Shown here piece after piece: positions 8,809 through 17,948 of a DNA stretch of 45,979 nucleotides (positions are counted from its first letter, which is position 1; the number at the start of each line of letters is the position of its first letter). The DNA is taken from contig JAHFPP010000001.1 in the NCBI GenBank assembly GCA_023266675.1, positions 1-45,979 of the forward strand, written 5' to 3'. A program made the position numbers and the translations under genes. The stretch is from Candidatus Woesearchaeota archaeon (GTDB taxonomy: Archaea > Nanobdellota > Nanobdellia > Woesearchaeales > BM511). The notes below the pieces were generated by a model. It did not search any database. It was given only the letters and a program-made list of their open reading frames with translations, and was not told the origin of the DNA.

Positions 8809-9609
8809 ATGATAATGAGCACTAAACTTAATGTAATTGGAACAGAAATAAATATTGATGATGAAGATTATATCTCAATAACTGACATGCTAAAAGCTAA
8901 AGATGGTGATTTCTTTGTGTCAGATTGGATTAGAAATAGGAATACTGTTGAGTTTTTAGGAATTTGGGAGAGAATATACAATCCTAATTTTAATTATGGC
9001 GAATATGCCATAATTAGAAGTAAAGCTGGATTAAATAACTACAAGATAAGTGTTAAAGAATGGGTTGAGAAAACGAACGCAATTGGTTTAAAAGCGACAA
9101 CTGGACGTTATGGTGGTACTTATGCGTATAAAGATATCGCGTTTGAGTTTGGTATGTGGATAAGTGCGGAATTTAAGATTTACCTGATTAAAGAATTTCA
9201 AAGATTAAAAGAACAAGAGCAAAAACAATTAGATTGGGATGTAAAAAGAAGTTTAACAAAAATTAATTATAAAATTCATACAGATGCGATTAAAGAAAAT
9301 CTGATTCCTAAAGAGCTAACATATAATCAGAAAAATAAAATTTATGCTTCTGAGGCGGATGTGTTAAATGTTGCATTGTTTGGGATGACTGCAAAAGAAT
9401 GGAGAGATGCAAATAAAAACGAAGAAGGTAACATAAGAGATTATGCAAATGTTTCTCAGTTGGTTTGTCTTTCTAATTTAGAAAGTATAAATGCAGTATT
9501 TATTAATGAGAATATTTCACAATTTGAAAGATTAGACAAATTAAATAATATTGCTATATCTCAGATGAAAATATTAACCAATGATAAAAGAATTGACAAA
9601 TTAAAATAA
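8809..9609 (+). CDS. KilA-N domain-containing protein
   Basis: YISITDMLKAK...DWIRNRNTVEFLGIWE...GRYGGTYAYKDIAFEFGMWISAEFKIYLIKEFQRLKE is the typical bacterial/phage KilA-N pattern. The start is ambiguous (TTG 8806, ATG 8809 or ATG 8815). Confidence 0.8.
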   Translation: MIMSTKLNVIGTEINIDDEDYISITDMLKAKDGDFFVSDWIRNRNTVEFLGIWERIYNPNFNYGEYAIIRSKAGLNNYKISVKEWVEKTNAIGLKATTGRYGGTYAYKDIAFEFGMWISAEFKIYLIKEFQRLKEQEQKQLDWDVKRSLTKINYKIHTDAIKENLIPKELTYNQKNKIYASEADVLNVALFGMTAKEWRDANKNEEGNIRDYANVSQLVCLSNLESINAVFINENISQFERLDKLNNIAISQMKILTNDKRIDKLK

Positions 9610-9657
9610 ATATTTTGGTCCGTAATCTTTATTAATCATCATAAAATTCTCGCTCTT

Positions 9658-11427
9658 ATGAGCACACGAAGCCCTTTATGCGTGGTTGTCGGCCACGTTG
9701 ACCATGGAAAGTCGTCAATACTTGACAAGATTAGAGGCACGGCTATTGTTAAGAGTGAGGCAGGCGCAATAACTCAGGCAATCGGCGCATCAATTATCCC
9801 GATAGAAACAATAAAAGAAGTATGCGGACCACTTCTTGAAAAATTAAAGCTAAAATTCGCAATCCCAGGATTACTGTTCATAGACACGCCAGGACACGCA
9901 GCATTCACCTCCTTAAGAAAAAGAGGTGGAAACCTCGCAGACATCGCAATACTTGTAGTAGACATCAATGAAGGGTTTAAGCCGCAGACTATTGAAGCAA
10001 TAGACATACTTCGCTCATACAAAACACCGTTCATTGTTGCAGCAAACAAAGTTGACTTAATCGCAGGCTGGAAAACAAAGGAGAACACAAACCTTATTGA
10101 TTCCATAAAACTACAGACGTTTGACGTACAGCAAAAACTTGACGCAAAACTTTACGAACTAGTCGCAAAGTTTTATGAGATGGGGTTTGAATCAGAAAGA
10201 TTTGACCGCCTTGAAGATTTTACAAAACAACTTGCAATCATTCCATGCTCAGCAAAAACAGCTGAAGGATTCCCAGAACTCTTAAGCATACTAACAGGAC
10301 TTGCACAGAAATTCCTTGAAAAAAGACTGGAATTTGAAGAAGAAGTCCCAGGCAAAGGAACAATACTTGAAGTAAAAGAAGAAGTGGGCCTAGGAAAAAC
10401 GCTTGACGTGATAATATATGACGGCACGATAAAAAAAGGCGACACTGTAGTCATCGGAACAATAAGTGAACCGATAGTCACAAAAGTCAGGGCGCTGTTT
10501 GAACCTGCGCCGCTAACAGAGATGAGAGATAAGAAAGCCAAATTCTTGAATGTTGAAAAAGCAGTAGCAGCAACAGGCGTCAAGATATCAGCGCCAGACA
10601 TTGATGAAGCAATATCGGGAATGCCAGTAAGAGTAGTCAATAACAACGCTGACATAGAACGCATAAAAGAAGAAATACGAGCTGAAGTTCAGGAAATACT
10701 CATCGAAACAGAAAAAGAAGGAATCATAATCAAAGCAGACACACTAGGCGGCCTTGAAGCACTAACTAATCTACTTAAAGAAAAAAAGGTCAAGATAAAA
10801 AAAGCAGCAATAGGAAACATCTCGCGCCACGACATCTCTGAAGCTGAAAGCGTGTTTGACAAAAACCCAACACACTCAGTAATCCTTGGATTCAACGTTG
10901 AAGTAAACAAGGAAGTTGAAGTTGTAAGCCCAAAAGTAAAAGTGATATTAAACAAAGTAATCTACCGACTCATTGAAGAGTTTGAGGCATGGCAAAAAGA
11001 TGCTGAGGAGAATATTGAGGGGCTTGAATTAAACGCTTTAACACGCCCTGCAAAAATAAAACTTATGCCAAACCACGTTTTTCGCCAAAATAATCCTGCA
11101 ATTGTAGGAACTGATGTGCTTCTTGGAAAGATAAGAACAGGCATGCCGCTCATGAAAAATGGAAAGCAGGTAACAAAGATAAAATCAATGAAAGACGGTG
11201 AAGATCATGTAACAACAGCGTCCTCAGGAAAACAATTAGCAGTTGCATACGACAATGTAACAGTTGGACGGCAGATTTTTGAAGGAGACGTTTTATACTC
11301 GCTTGTAAGCGAAGATGATTTTAGAAAATTAAAAACACTAAAAGAACATCTGTCAAAAGATGAGATAGAAGTCTTAAAAGAAATATCCTTAATAATGCGA
11401 GAACAAAACCCATTATGGGGTGTATAA
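9658..11427 (+). CDS. infB: translation initiation factor aIF5B (IF-2 homolog)
   Basis: 589 aa. G-domain motifs GHVDHGKS, DTPGH and NKVD, with archaeal aIF5B length and domain order. Confidence 0.92.
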   Translation: MSTRSPLCVVVGHVDHGKSSILDKIRGTAIVKSEAGAITQAIGASIIPIETIKEVCGPLLEKLKLKFAIPGLLFIDTPGHAAFTSLRKRGGNLADIAILVVDINEGFKPQTIEAIDILRSYKTPFIVAANKVDLIAGWKTKENTNLIDSIKLQTFDVQQKLDAKLYELVAKFYEMGFESERFDRLEDFTKQLAIIPCSAKTAEGFPELLSILTGLAQKFLEKRLEFEEEVPGKGTILEVKEEVGLGKTLDVIIYDGTIKKGDTVVIGTISEPIVTKVRALFEPAPLTEMRDKKAKFLNVEKAVAATGVKISAPDIDEAISGMPVRVVNNNADIERIKEEIRAEVQEILIETEKEGIIIKADTLGGLEALTNLLKEKKVKIKKAAIGNISRHDISEAESVFDKNPTHSVILGFNVEVNKEVEVVSPKVKVILNKVIYRLIEEFEAWQKDAEENIEGLELNALTRPAKIKLMPNHVFRQNNPAIVGTDVLLGKIRTGMPLMKNGKQVTKIKSMKDGEDHVTTASSGKQLAVAYDNVTVGRQIFEGDVLYSLVSEDDFRKLKTLKEHLSKDEIEVLKEISLIMREQNPLWGV

Positions 11428-11887
11428 TTTGAAACCCGGCTTAAAGTTTCTTAACAGCAAAGAAATAAAAGAGATTAGAAAGAAACTTGAAGAGACATTT
11501 TCGCTTACAGAACATCTTGACTACGCATATCTGATAAATGCAAACAACCGCGTTAATATTGTAACAAAAGAAATTGATAATTTAAACCTTGACTTACTGA
11601 TGATAAATTCTATCGGCGTATATTTTTGTGAATTAAAAGACCACGAAATCCGTCTTTCAATTGAAGGCTCACAGATTGTAGGTCCGCTTGCAAAGAAAAA
11701 TGTTCTTGAGCTTGATGAAGAAAAAGCAAGAGACTGGATACGAGGACAGGATGTTGATTATCCCGGAAGCACAAAAGGATTTGTAATAATAAAGCACAAA
11801 AATGACTACATGGGATGTGCCAAACACAAAGACGGAAAATTATTGAATCACGTTCCTAAAGAAAGAAGAGTTCGTTCTAAAGATTAA
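11420..11887 (+). CDS. Nip7-like PUA-domain RNA-binding protein
   Basis: 155 aa. IGVYFCEL...IRLSIEGSQIV followed by GFVIIKHKNDYMGCAK...NHVPK resembles the Nip7 N-domain plus PUA layout. It overlaps the infB stop by 8 nt. Confidence 0.5.
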   Translation: MYNLKPGLKFLNSKEIKEIRKKLEETFSLTEHLDYAYLINANNRVNIVTKEIDNLNLDLLMINSIGVYFCELKDHEIRLSIEGSQIVGPLAKKNVLELDEEKARDWIRGQDVDYPGSTKGFVIIKHKNDYMGCAKHKDGKLLNHVPKERRVRSKD

Positions 11888-11980
11888 AAATTAAAAAATC
11901 CTGTTTTGGTCAAGCTTTTTCTAAAAGGTTGGAAGAGTAAGGTCTAAAGATTAATAAATTAGTTCTATCTTAATTAAAAT

Positions 11981-12295
11981 ATGAATTTTAAATTAAAAAA
12001 AGACAAGTATAAAACTGCAAGAGGAAAATATTCAAGACTTTTGAATTTATCATGTAGAATTTGTGGTAATTTTGTCTTAATATACCAAAAAGATGGACCG
12101 GGAAATATTAGACGACTTTATTTTGACAGAATCTTTCATCCACAAAATATGGTAAATCTTGAGTCTAAATCTTTAAGTAGCGTAAATATTTTAAAATGTC
12201 AAAATTGCAAAGAAGAAATAGGAACGCCTTATTTATACAAAAAAGAAAAACGTAAAGCGTTTAAAATTTACCAGGATGCTTTAATAAAAAAATAA
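11981..12295 (+). CDS. hypothetical basic protein with two CxxC pairs (Zn-ribbon-like)
   Basis: 104 aa with CRIC and CQNC pairs about 45 residues apart. No family recognised. Confidence 0.4.
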   Translation: MNFKLKKDKYKTARGKYSRLLNLSCRICGNFVLIYQKDGPGNIRRLYFDRIFHPQNMVNLESKSLSSVNILKCQNCKEEIGTPYLYKKEKRKAFKIYQDALIKK

Positions 12296-12302
12296 ATATC
12301 TA

Positions 12303-12461
12303 TTATTCAAACGCCAACTCATATCCTTGCATGAATGCGTCCTCAACATCAGTAAGCTCTTCTTCATCTAATAGTCTTTCGCGACCTTGCTCTGTGTAAA
12401 CGTTTTCATCCCCAATTTCATCGTATACATCTTCAATTTTTCCTGATTCAAATTCTTCCAT
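12303..12461 (-). CDS. acidic miniprotein, 52 aa, unknown function
   Basis: Hand-translated: MEEFESGKIEDVYDEIGDENVYTEQGRERLLDEEELTDVEDAFMQGYELAFE. A GGGGGG Shine-Dalgarno lies 6 nt upstream of the ATG on the minus strand. It is below the track cutoff. Confidence 0.4.
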   Translation of the reverse strand: MEEFESGKIEDVYDEIGDENVYTEQGRERLLDEEELTDVEDAFMQGYELAFE

Positions 12462-12557
12462 TCTAATCCCCCCTAAAATCTATATTTCATTTAGAAAAGA
12501 TAACTATATATACATTAACCATATATTATATATAACATATATGAGCGGGGGTTTATT

Positions 12558-13520
12558 ATGTCAAGCAGACGGCTTATTCAATTTGGTAAAAATTCTTTTG
12601 TACTTTCAATTCCAAAATCGTGGGTTGAAAGAAATAAATTAAAAAAGGGCGACGAAGTAAACGTTGAAGAGTCTGCTGAAAGCTTGATTTTATCATCACG
12701 AAATGAGTCTGCTTCTGAATTAAGAATAAAAAAGATTTCATGTGATGACAGTATTGGGGTTGGGAGAAATATTATCGCAGCTTACATGAATAATTATTCT
12801 ATAATTGAGATACATGGTTTAAAATTAAGAGATCATATTAAAGATATTGAAGAAACTACTCATAGTCTTGTTGCGCTTGAAATAATGGAGCAAAATTCAA
12901 AAAAGATAGTAATCAAGGATTTTCTAAATACACAGGATATCTCTATTGAGAGTATAATAAAACGAATGGACATTATAATTCGTGCAATGTTTTCGGAGGC
13001 GCATGAATTTTTTGACAAAAATGAAAAAATAGACCTCGATAAAATGGATGTTGACATAAACAGGCTTTTCTATGTCGGTCACAAAATACTAAACAAGCTT
13101 CTTGACAAGCCAAGCCTCTCAAAGTCGCTTAATATACATGTTAAAGAAACGCTGTTTTATGGAAGCATGATTGATTCACTTGAAAAGATTGCAGACCAGC
13201 AAAAAAGGTTTATACGATGCATTGAAAAGATAGATAATACGTGTGTTACAAAGGAGCATTTAAGAAAGGCGTTTGAAGCGCTAATCGAAAGATATCTTGA
13301 GACAATAAAGGCTTTTTATAAACTTGATAAAGATGAAGCCGACAGACTTTATATGACTTCCAAAAAATCAATGGAAGTATGCGAAGAAATAATAGACAAG
13401 TATATCCACAAATGCAAAAAAACAGCAGATATACACTATACATCTGAAGCAGTTGAAAAACTCAAGAAATTTGAGAATTATATGTCACAGATATCAAAAC
13501 TTGTAATCAACAAGGAATGA
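12558..13520 (+). CDS. AbrB/SpoVT-domain plus PhoU-domain regulator (archaeal PhoU-like)
   Basis: 320 aa. The N-terminal FGKNSFVLSIPKSWVERNKLKKGDEV is a SpoVT/AbrB swapped-hairpin motif. The remainder is helical and PhoU-like. A CGGGGG Shine-Dalgarno lies upstream. Confidence 0.7.
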   Translation: MSSRRLIQFGKNSFVLSIPKSWVERNKLKKGDEVNVEESAESLILSSRNESASELRIKKISCDDSIGVGRNIIAAYMNNYSIIEIHGLKLRDHIKDIEETTHSLVALEIMEQNSKKIVIKDFLNTQDISIESIIKRMDIIIRAMFSEAHEFFDKNEKIDLDKMDVDINRLFYVGHKILNKLLDKPSLSKSLNIHVKETLFYGSMIDSLEKIADQQKRFIRCIEKIDNTCVTKEHLRKAFEALIERYLETIKAFYKLDKDEADRLYMTSKKSMEVCEEIIDKYIHKCKKTADIHYTSEAVEKLKKFENYMSQISKLVINKE

Positions 13521-13582
13521 TTATGCCATCAAACTTCTGTTAAGTCCAAACATTTAAAAACATAAACTTCAATGTCACTTGT

Positions 13583-14524
13583 ATGATTGACGTATTCTAT
13601 TACAAGAATGGCATAAAGAAAGCGGATTTCAAAGATTTGCACAAAATAAAAAATGAGAACTTATGGATAGACATATCCAATCTTACACGGGAAGAAACCC
13701 AAATAATTGCAAAAACATTCAAGCTTCATCCGACGACAGAAGAGGACCTTTTCAAAGCCAATGTAAGGATTAAGATTGAGGAGTTTGAAAATTACCTGTT
13801 ATGCATTTATTATGGGATAAAAAACACCAAGACACTTGAGATGTATGAACTTGACTTTGTGATTGGGAAAAATTTTATAATATCAAACCATAAAAAGCCG
13901 ATAGAGTCATTTGACAGTCTAAAAAAAGACAAGGAACGTCTTGAAACATTGTTCAAGAAATCTCCTGATTTTATTTTTCATGATTTGCTTGACAGGGAGA
14001 TTGACAATTATTTCCCAATACTTGAAAGCGTTGACAACCAGATTGAAGACATTGAAGAGAACATCTCAAAAAATGTAAAGCAGAAAGTCCTTTCAGAAAT
14101 ACTAAAACTTAAGAGGGTTATCATCTTTGTTAAGCGAAGGGTTTTTGAGCAGCGTGAAAAAGTCTCTTTTCTTGCAAAAAGGGATTATAAGTTCATAACG
14201 CATGATGCAGTGCCGTATTTTAGGGATATATATGATAACACGATTAGGGTGACTGATTCAATTGATAATTCAAGAGAGCTTGTAGGCAATGCTTATGAAG
14301 TCTATATGTCAACAATATCAAACAATATGAACGAAGTGATGAAAGTTCTGTCAGTTATAGCTACTTTAGTACTGCCTCTTACGGCCATATCAGGAATTTA
14401 TGGTACTAATTTTCATATTATACCCGGAGCAAGTTTTGAATATGGATTCTGGGTAATGATAGGACTAATGGTTATCATAAGCGGGTTCTCACTTGTGCTT
14501 TTTAAAAGAAAAGGATGGTTCTAA
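13583..14524 (+). CDS. corA: CorA-family divalent cation transporter (GTN variant of the GMN motif)
   Basis: 313 aa. CorA-like cytoplasmic domain, two C-terminal TM helices and YGTNF where CorA normally has YGMNF. Confidence 0.8.
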   Translation: MIDVFYYKNGIKKADFKDLHKIKNENLWIDISNLTREETQIIAKTFKLHPTTEEDLFKANVRIKIEEFENYLLCIYYGIKNTKTLEMYELDFVIGKNFIISNHKKPIESFDSLKKDKERLETLFKKSPDFIFHDLLDREIDNYFPILESVDNQIEDIEENISKNVKQKVLSEILKLKRVIIFVKRRVFEQREKVSFLAKRDYKFITHDAVPYFRDIYDNTIRVTDSIDNSRELVGNAYEVYMSTISNNMNEVMKVLSVIATLVLPLTAISGIYGTNFHIIPGASFEYGFWVMIGLMVIISGFSLVLFKRKGWF

Positions 14525-14591
14525 CAGTTTAATATTATCAAACCAGAATTAAAACTGAAAATAAATAAAAAAAGAAAAATAATCAATAAAC

Positions 14592-14795
14592 TTATTTTTT
14601 CTTTGGCTTTGAAGGTTCACAGCATTCTGTGCTGCATTTGCACATTAATGAGTGCACGCCTAAAAGCACTAGCATGACTGCAAAAAACAAGGTTAAATTT
14701 AACCATGCAAAAACGTTAAACGCAATCAAACCTAAAATGACACCAGCAACTAGCATTGTGATGCCAAAACATGTCTTATCTAAATATGTATTCAT
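14592..14795 (-). CDS. small two-TM protein with a Cys-rich C-terminal tail
   Basis: 67 aa, two hydrophobic helices, then CKCSTECCEPSKPKKK. Confidence 0.35.
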   Translation of the reverse strand: MNTYLDKTCFGITMLVAGVILGLIAFNVFAWLNLTLFFAVMLVLLGVHSLMCKCSTECCEPSKPKKK

Positions 14796-15012
14796 GTTAC
14801 CACCTCAAAATGGATTATTTTAATCATAATTGGTACCTATTATATAAAAAGCTTTCTATAAATCATGATATCACAATTGTTTAATAATACAATATTATCA
14901 GGAGAATAATGGTTTCATATTTGGCGAGTCCAACAAAAGATTTATATACTCAAAGAAAGTGTAAATATCTATAATCATATTTTACCAGCAAATATGTGGG
15001 AGGATCATTAAA

Positions 15013-15414
15013 ATGAAAAATTATTTTAAACAAATCAAGGAAAGTCTGACTTCCAAAAAAAAGTCTGATGCAAATGAAGAATCAGAGAGTGAGTACTTAG
15101 AGCTTGACACTGAAGCGCAAGTTGCTGGAGGATCACAGAAGATAACTGTTAGGCCTTTTGTTCTTGAGGACTTTGCAGACGTCAAAGCAATTCTTGATTC
15201 ACTTCGTGAAGGGTATACTATCGCACTTGTTAATATCAAACCATTAAAAGACAAAGACATGGTTGAATTAAAAAGGTCAATAAACAAGCTTAAAAAAACA
15301 GCAGATGCAATGGAAGGGGAAATCGCAGGATTTGGAGAAGACTATATAGTTATTGTTCCAAGTTTTGGCCAGATATACAAAGCGCCTTCAACTAAGCCTG
15401 TTGATGAAGAATAA
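15013..15414 (+). CDS. sepF: cell division protein SepF (archaeal)
   Basis: 133 aa. The core VRPFVLEDFADVKAILDSLREGYTIALVNIKPL...GEIAGFGEDYIVIVP matches the SepF/DUF552 fold pattern. A GGGAGGA Shine-Dalgarno lies upstream. Confidence 0.75.
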   Translation: MKNYFKQIKESLTSKKKSDANEESESEYLELDTEAQVAGGSQKITVRPFVLEDFADVKAILDSLREGYTIALVNIKPLKDKDMVELKRSINKLKKTADAMEGEIAGFGEDYIVIVPSFGQIYKAPSTKPVDEE

Positions 15415-15471
15415 ATATTAATTAAAATTTTTATTTCTTATTATTTTTTTCTGTATGATCATGATGTTTTT

Positions 15472-16776
15472 TCATTTTCTAATCAATCTTCGAAATATTA
15501 CTTCTCCTCTTAAATCCCACATAGTTGATGAGGTTATCTTAACCATGCTTTCATCATTTAGAATAAGTCCTTTCTCTTTTTTCACAACAATTGGTTTAAA
15601 CGCATAGTTTCTGCCGACAAGCGTATCATTTTTCCCTTCTTCTTCAAATATTATCCTGCCGCTCCAGCCAATCCATCTCTTGTTTCTTTCAACGCTTATT
15701 TTATGAAATAGCTCTCTTAGCCTTATGCTTCTTTGCTTTATTATTTTTGAATCAATCTGTTTCATTTTTGCTGCAGGCGTTCCGGGTCTTTTCCAAAACC
15801 TTGACATGTTAATAACGTCAGGCTCAAGCTCTCTTACAACTTCCATTGTTTCTTCAAAATCTTTTTCTGTTTCACCTGGAAAACCAACAATGATATCTGT
15901 TGCAAGTGTCAAATCAGGAATTGCTTTTTTCAGCTCTCTTGCAACTTTTAGGAACTCTTCCTTTGAATATTCTCTTTTCATGCCTTTTAGGACACAGTTG
16001 CTTCCTGACTGAAGCGGAAGATGAATGAACCTAAACATTTTTTCATGTTTTAAAATCTTCTTTAGTTCTTTAAGATACATCACTCCATATTCAGGATTGC
16101 ACATTCCAAGGCGCACCATGAAATCCCCTTCAATTTTTAAAATTTCATTTAGAAGTCTTGGAAGCGAGTCATCAATATCAAGCCCGTACGCTCCCGTGTC
16201 CTGCGAGGTCAGCCACACTTCTTTTGCGCCGCTCTCAACAGATTTTTTTATCTCAGAAATTATCTCTTTTTTTCTGTATGAATAGAGTTTTCCTCTTGCT
16301 TGCTTTGTTTTGCAGAATGTGCATGAGCCGCGGCATCCTTCATTTATTGGTATTATGCTTACTCTCTCATTCTTTCTTACTCGTGGAAGCGTAATCCTTT
16401 CTTCCTTCCCTTTATTTGGCTTGTCAAGAAGCACGCTTCTTTTTCCAAGTAAGGCATCATTTAAAACTGTACCGATATTGGAAAGCTGTGACGTGCCAAT
16501 TACTGAATAATCTTTAAGTTTTGTTTCGGCAAGTTTTCTGTCTGCCTGAGCCACGCATCCGGCAATTATGATTCTTCTATTTTTATGTCTTCTTATCTCT
16601 TTATACAGCTTATTCTCAGCTTCATCTTTGACAGTGCACGAATTTATAATAACGGCATCAGCGTTTTTTTCGTCAGAAACAACCACATGACCTTCTTTTT
16701 CCAATACACCAACCATTGTCTCAGAATCAGACTGATTAAGTGCGCATCCAAAAGTTTTGATATAAACATTAGCCAT
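15472..16776 (-). CDS. archaeal MiaB-like tRNA methylthiotransferase (e-MtaB / CDKAL1 homolog)
   Basis: 434 aa. N-terminal UPF0004 domain (YIKTFGCALNQSDSE), radical-SAM CRGSCTFC, and a C-terminal TRAM-like domain. Confidence 0.85.
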   Translation of the reverse strand: MANVYIKTFGCALNQSDSETMVGVLEKEGHVVVSDEKNADAVIINSCTVKDEAENKLYKEIRRHKNRRIIIAGCVAQADRKLAETKLKDYSVIGTSQLSNIGTVLNDALLGKRSVLLDKPNKGKEERITLPRVRKNERVSIIPINEGCRGSCTFCKTKQARGKLYSYRKKEIISEIKKSVESGAKEVWLTSQDTGAYGLDIDDSLPRLLNEILKIEGDFMVRLGMCNPEYGVMYLKELKKILKHEKMFRFIHLPLQSGSNCVLKGMKREYSKEEFLKVARELKKAIPDLTLATDIIVGFPGETEKDFEETMEVVRELEPDVINMSRFWKRPGTPAAKMKQIDSKIIKQRSIRLRELFHKISVERNKRWIGWSGRIIFEEEGKNDTLVGRNYAFKPIVVKKEKGLILNDESMVKITSSTMWDLRGEVIFRRLIRK

Positions 16777-16836
16777 AAAAAAAGAAGAAACTCAGTGTAT
16801 ATAAATAATTTCTTTAATCATTCCTCTGCCAAAACA

Positions 16837-17181
16837 TCATAGACTGTATCCAAATATAGAGTTTATCGCGTCTCTAGCAGGCTTCGCAAGAATTCCGGCT
16901 TTGTAATTTAATGCAATATTCTCCTCATCAGATATTCTTTCAACTTTTATCCCGTGCATTGGATGGGAGTATACTCGCCCATCATACTGGCTTTGCATCA
17001 ATGCTTCTTTTGCATTGTCAGCTATTCTTATTAAATCAACCCAATTAGATTGATTTGGTTTTTTATTCCATTGCTGAACGTTAAACTCATCCACTGCAGT
17101 CTGAACTGCAGCTGATATGTCTTTTTCTCCTCTTGCCAAAGAAACTTTTGCAATTAGCGTTTTATAATCATGATTTGCCAT
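16837..17181 (-). CDS. hypothetical protein
   Basis: 114-aa ORF between well-supported genes. No family recognised. Confidence 0.35.
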   Translation of the reverse strand: MANHDYKTLIAKVSLARGEKDISAAVQTAVDEFNVQQWNKKPNQSNWVDLIRIADNAKEALMQSQYDGRVYSHPMHGIKVERISDEENIALNYKAGILAKPARDAINSIFGYSL

Positions 17182-17308
17182 AAAAACAATTAAAACAAAT
17201 TTATTAATAAATGCTCTTGAAAAAAATATTCTTATCAGAATAATAATTAACCGAATCTTTCATTATTAAATTACTTATTTAGTCTGCTTAATAATTTGTT
17301 TAGAAAAC

Positions 17309-17830
17309 TTAAAGCTTGCTTTTTACTGCCTTATCTGAGATTATTGCGGAGTTTCCTGATGGGTCTTCAATTGTTATTTTCATAGGTTCTCGTCCCCACA
17401 TTACATCCTGAAGTTTTTTAATCATGTTTTTTGCCTTCTTTCTGTCGTCATTGTCTTCTGAATCATCTCTTACCTTTTCAAGCATTACTTTTGCTCGGTT
17501 TAAAATTCCTTCTATATTTGTCACATACCCATTTGATGTTGGGCTTGATTCAATAGTCATTATTCTTGGAATCTTGATTGTCGCTTCGCTTGACTTTACA
17601 ACCCTTATATTCATATCAGCTTCAGAATTGATTTCTATGACCCATCTTGTAGGGTCGCCTTTCGCTTGAGGTTCAACGTCAGCTTTATGATAATGGCAGT
17701 CAGAACAATCCATTGAAAAAATATAAACCATTCCAAAATAAGGAACTTCTCTCTCAGCTTCAGTAAGCGTCAATGTTTTTTTATTGCATATCGGGCAAGG
17801 CTGTCCACCCATCACTCTTGGTTTTTCCAT
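17309..17830 (-). CDS. ZPR1-type zinc-finger protein
   Basis: 173 aa. CPICNKK...VPYFGMVYIFSMDCSDCHY followed by a beta-rich domain, as in archaeal single-module ZPR1 homologs. Confidence 0.8.
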   Translation of the reverse strand: MEKPRVMGGQPCPICNKKTLTLTEAEREVPYFGMVYIFSMDCSDCHYHKADVEPQAKGDPTRWVIEINSEADMNIRVVKSSEATIKIPRIMTIESSPTSNGYVTNIEGILNRAKVMLEKVRDDSEDNDDRKKAKNMIKKLQDVMWGREPMKITIEDPSGNSAIISDKAVKSKL

Positions 17831-17948
17831 CTTAACTAATTATTAGGTTACTTCGTTTATAAATATTTCGCTAATCCAAAATACATTTTTTATATAGACT
17901 TAAAAAAATACCAAACTTTAAATAGGAATATTGTCAATAATCTTATCT

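Noticed and set aside
9774-11153. Four minus-strand track ORFs (110, 163, 88 and 63 aa) inside infB
   Set aside because: They are antisense shadow ORFs of a strongly supported gene. Their products are low-complexity and Ser/Phe/Ile-rich, with no motifs.
14909-14974. A 21-codon ORF with an AGGAGA Shine-Dalgarno upstream of sepF
   Set aside because: It is too short and has no distinguishing features. It could be a chance ORF in the sepF 5' region, and nothing in the sequence supports a leader-peptide role.
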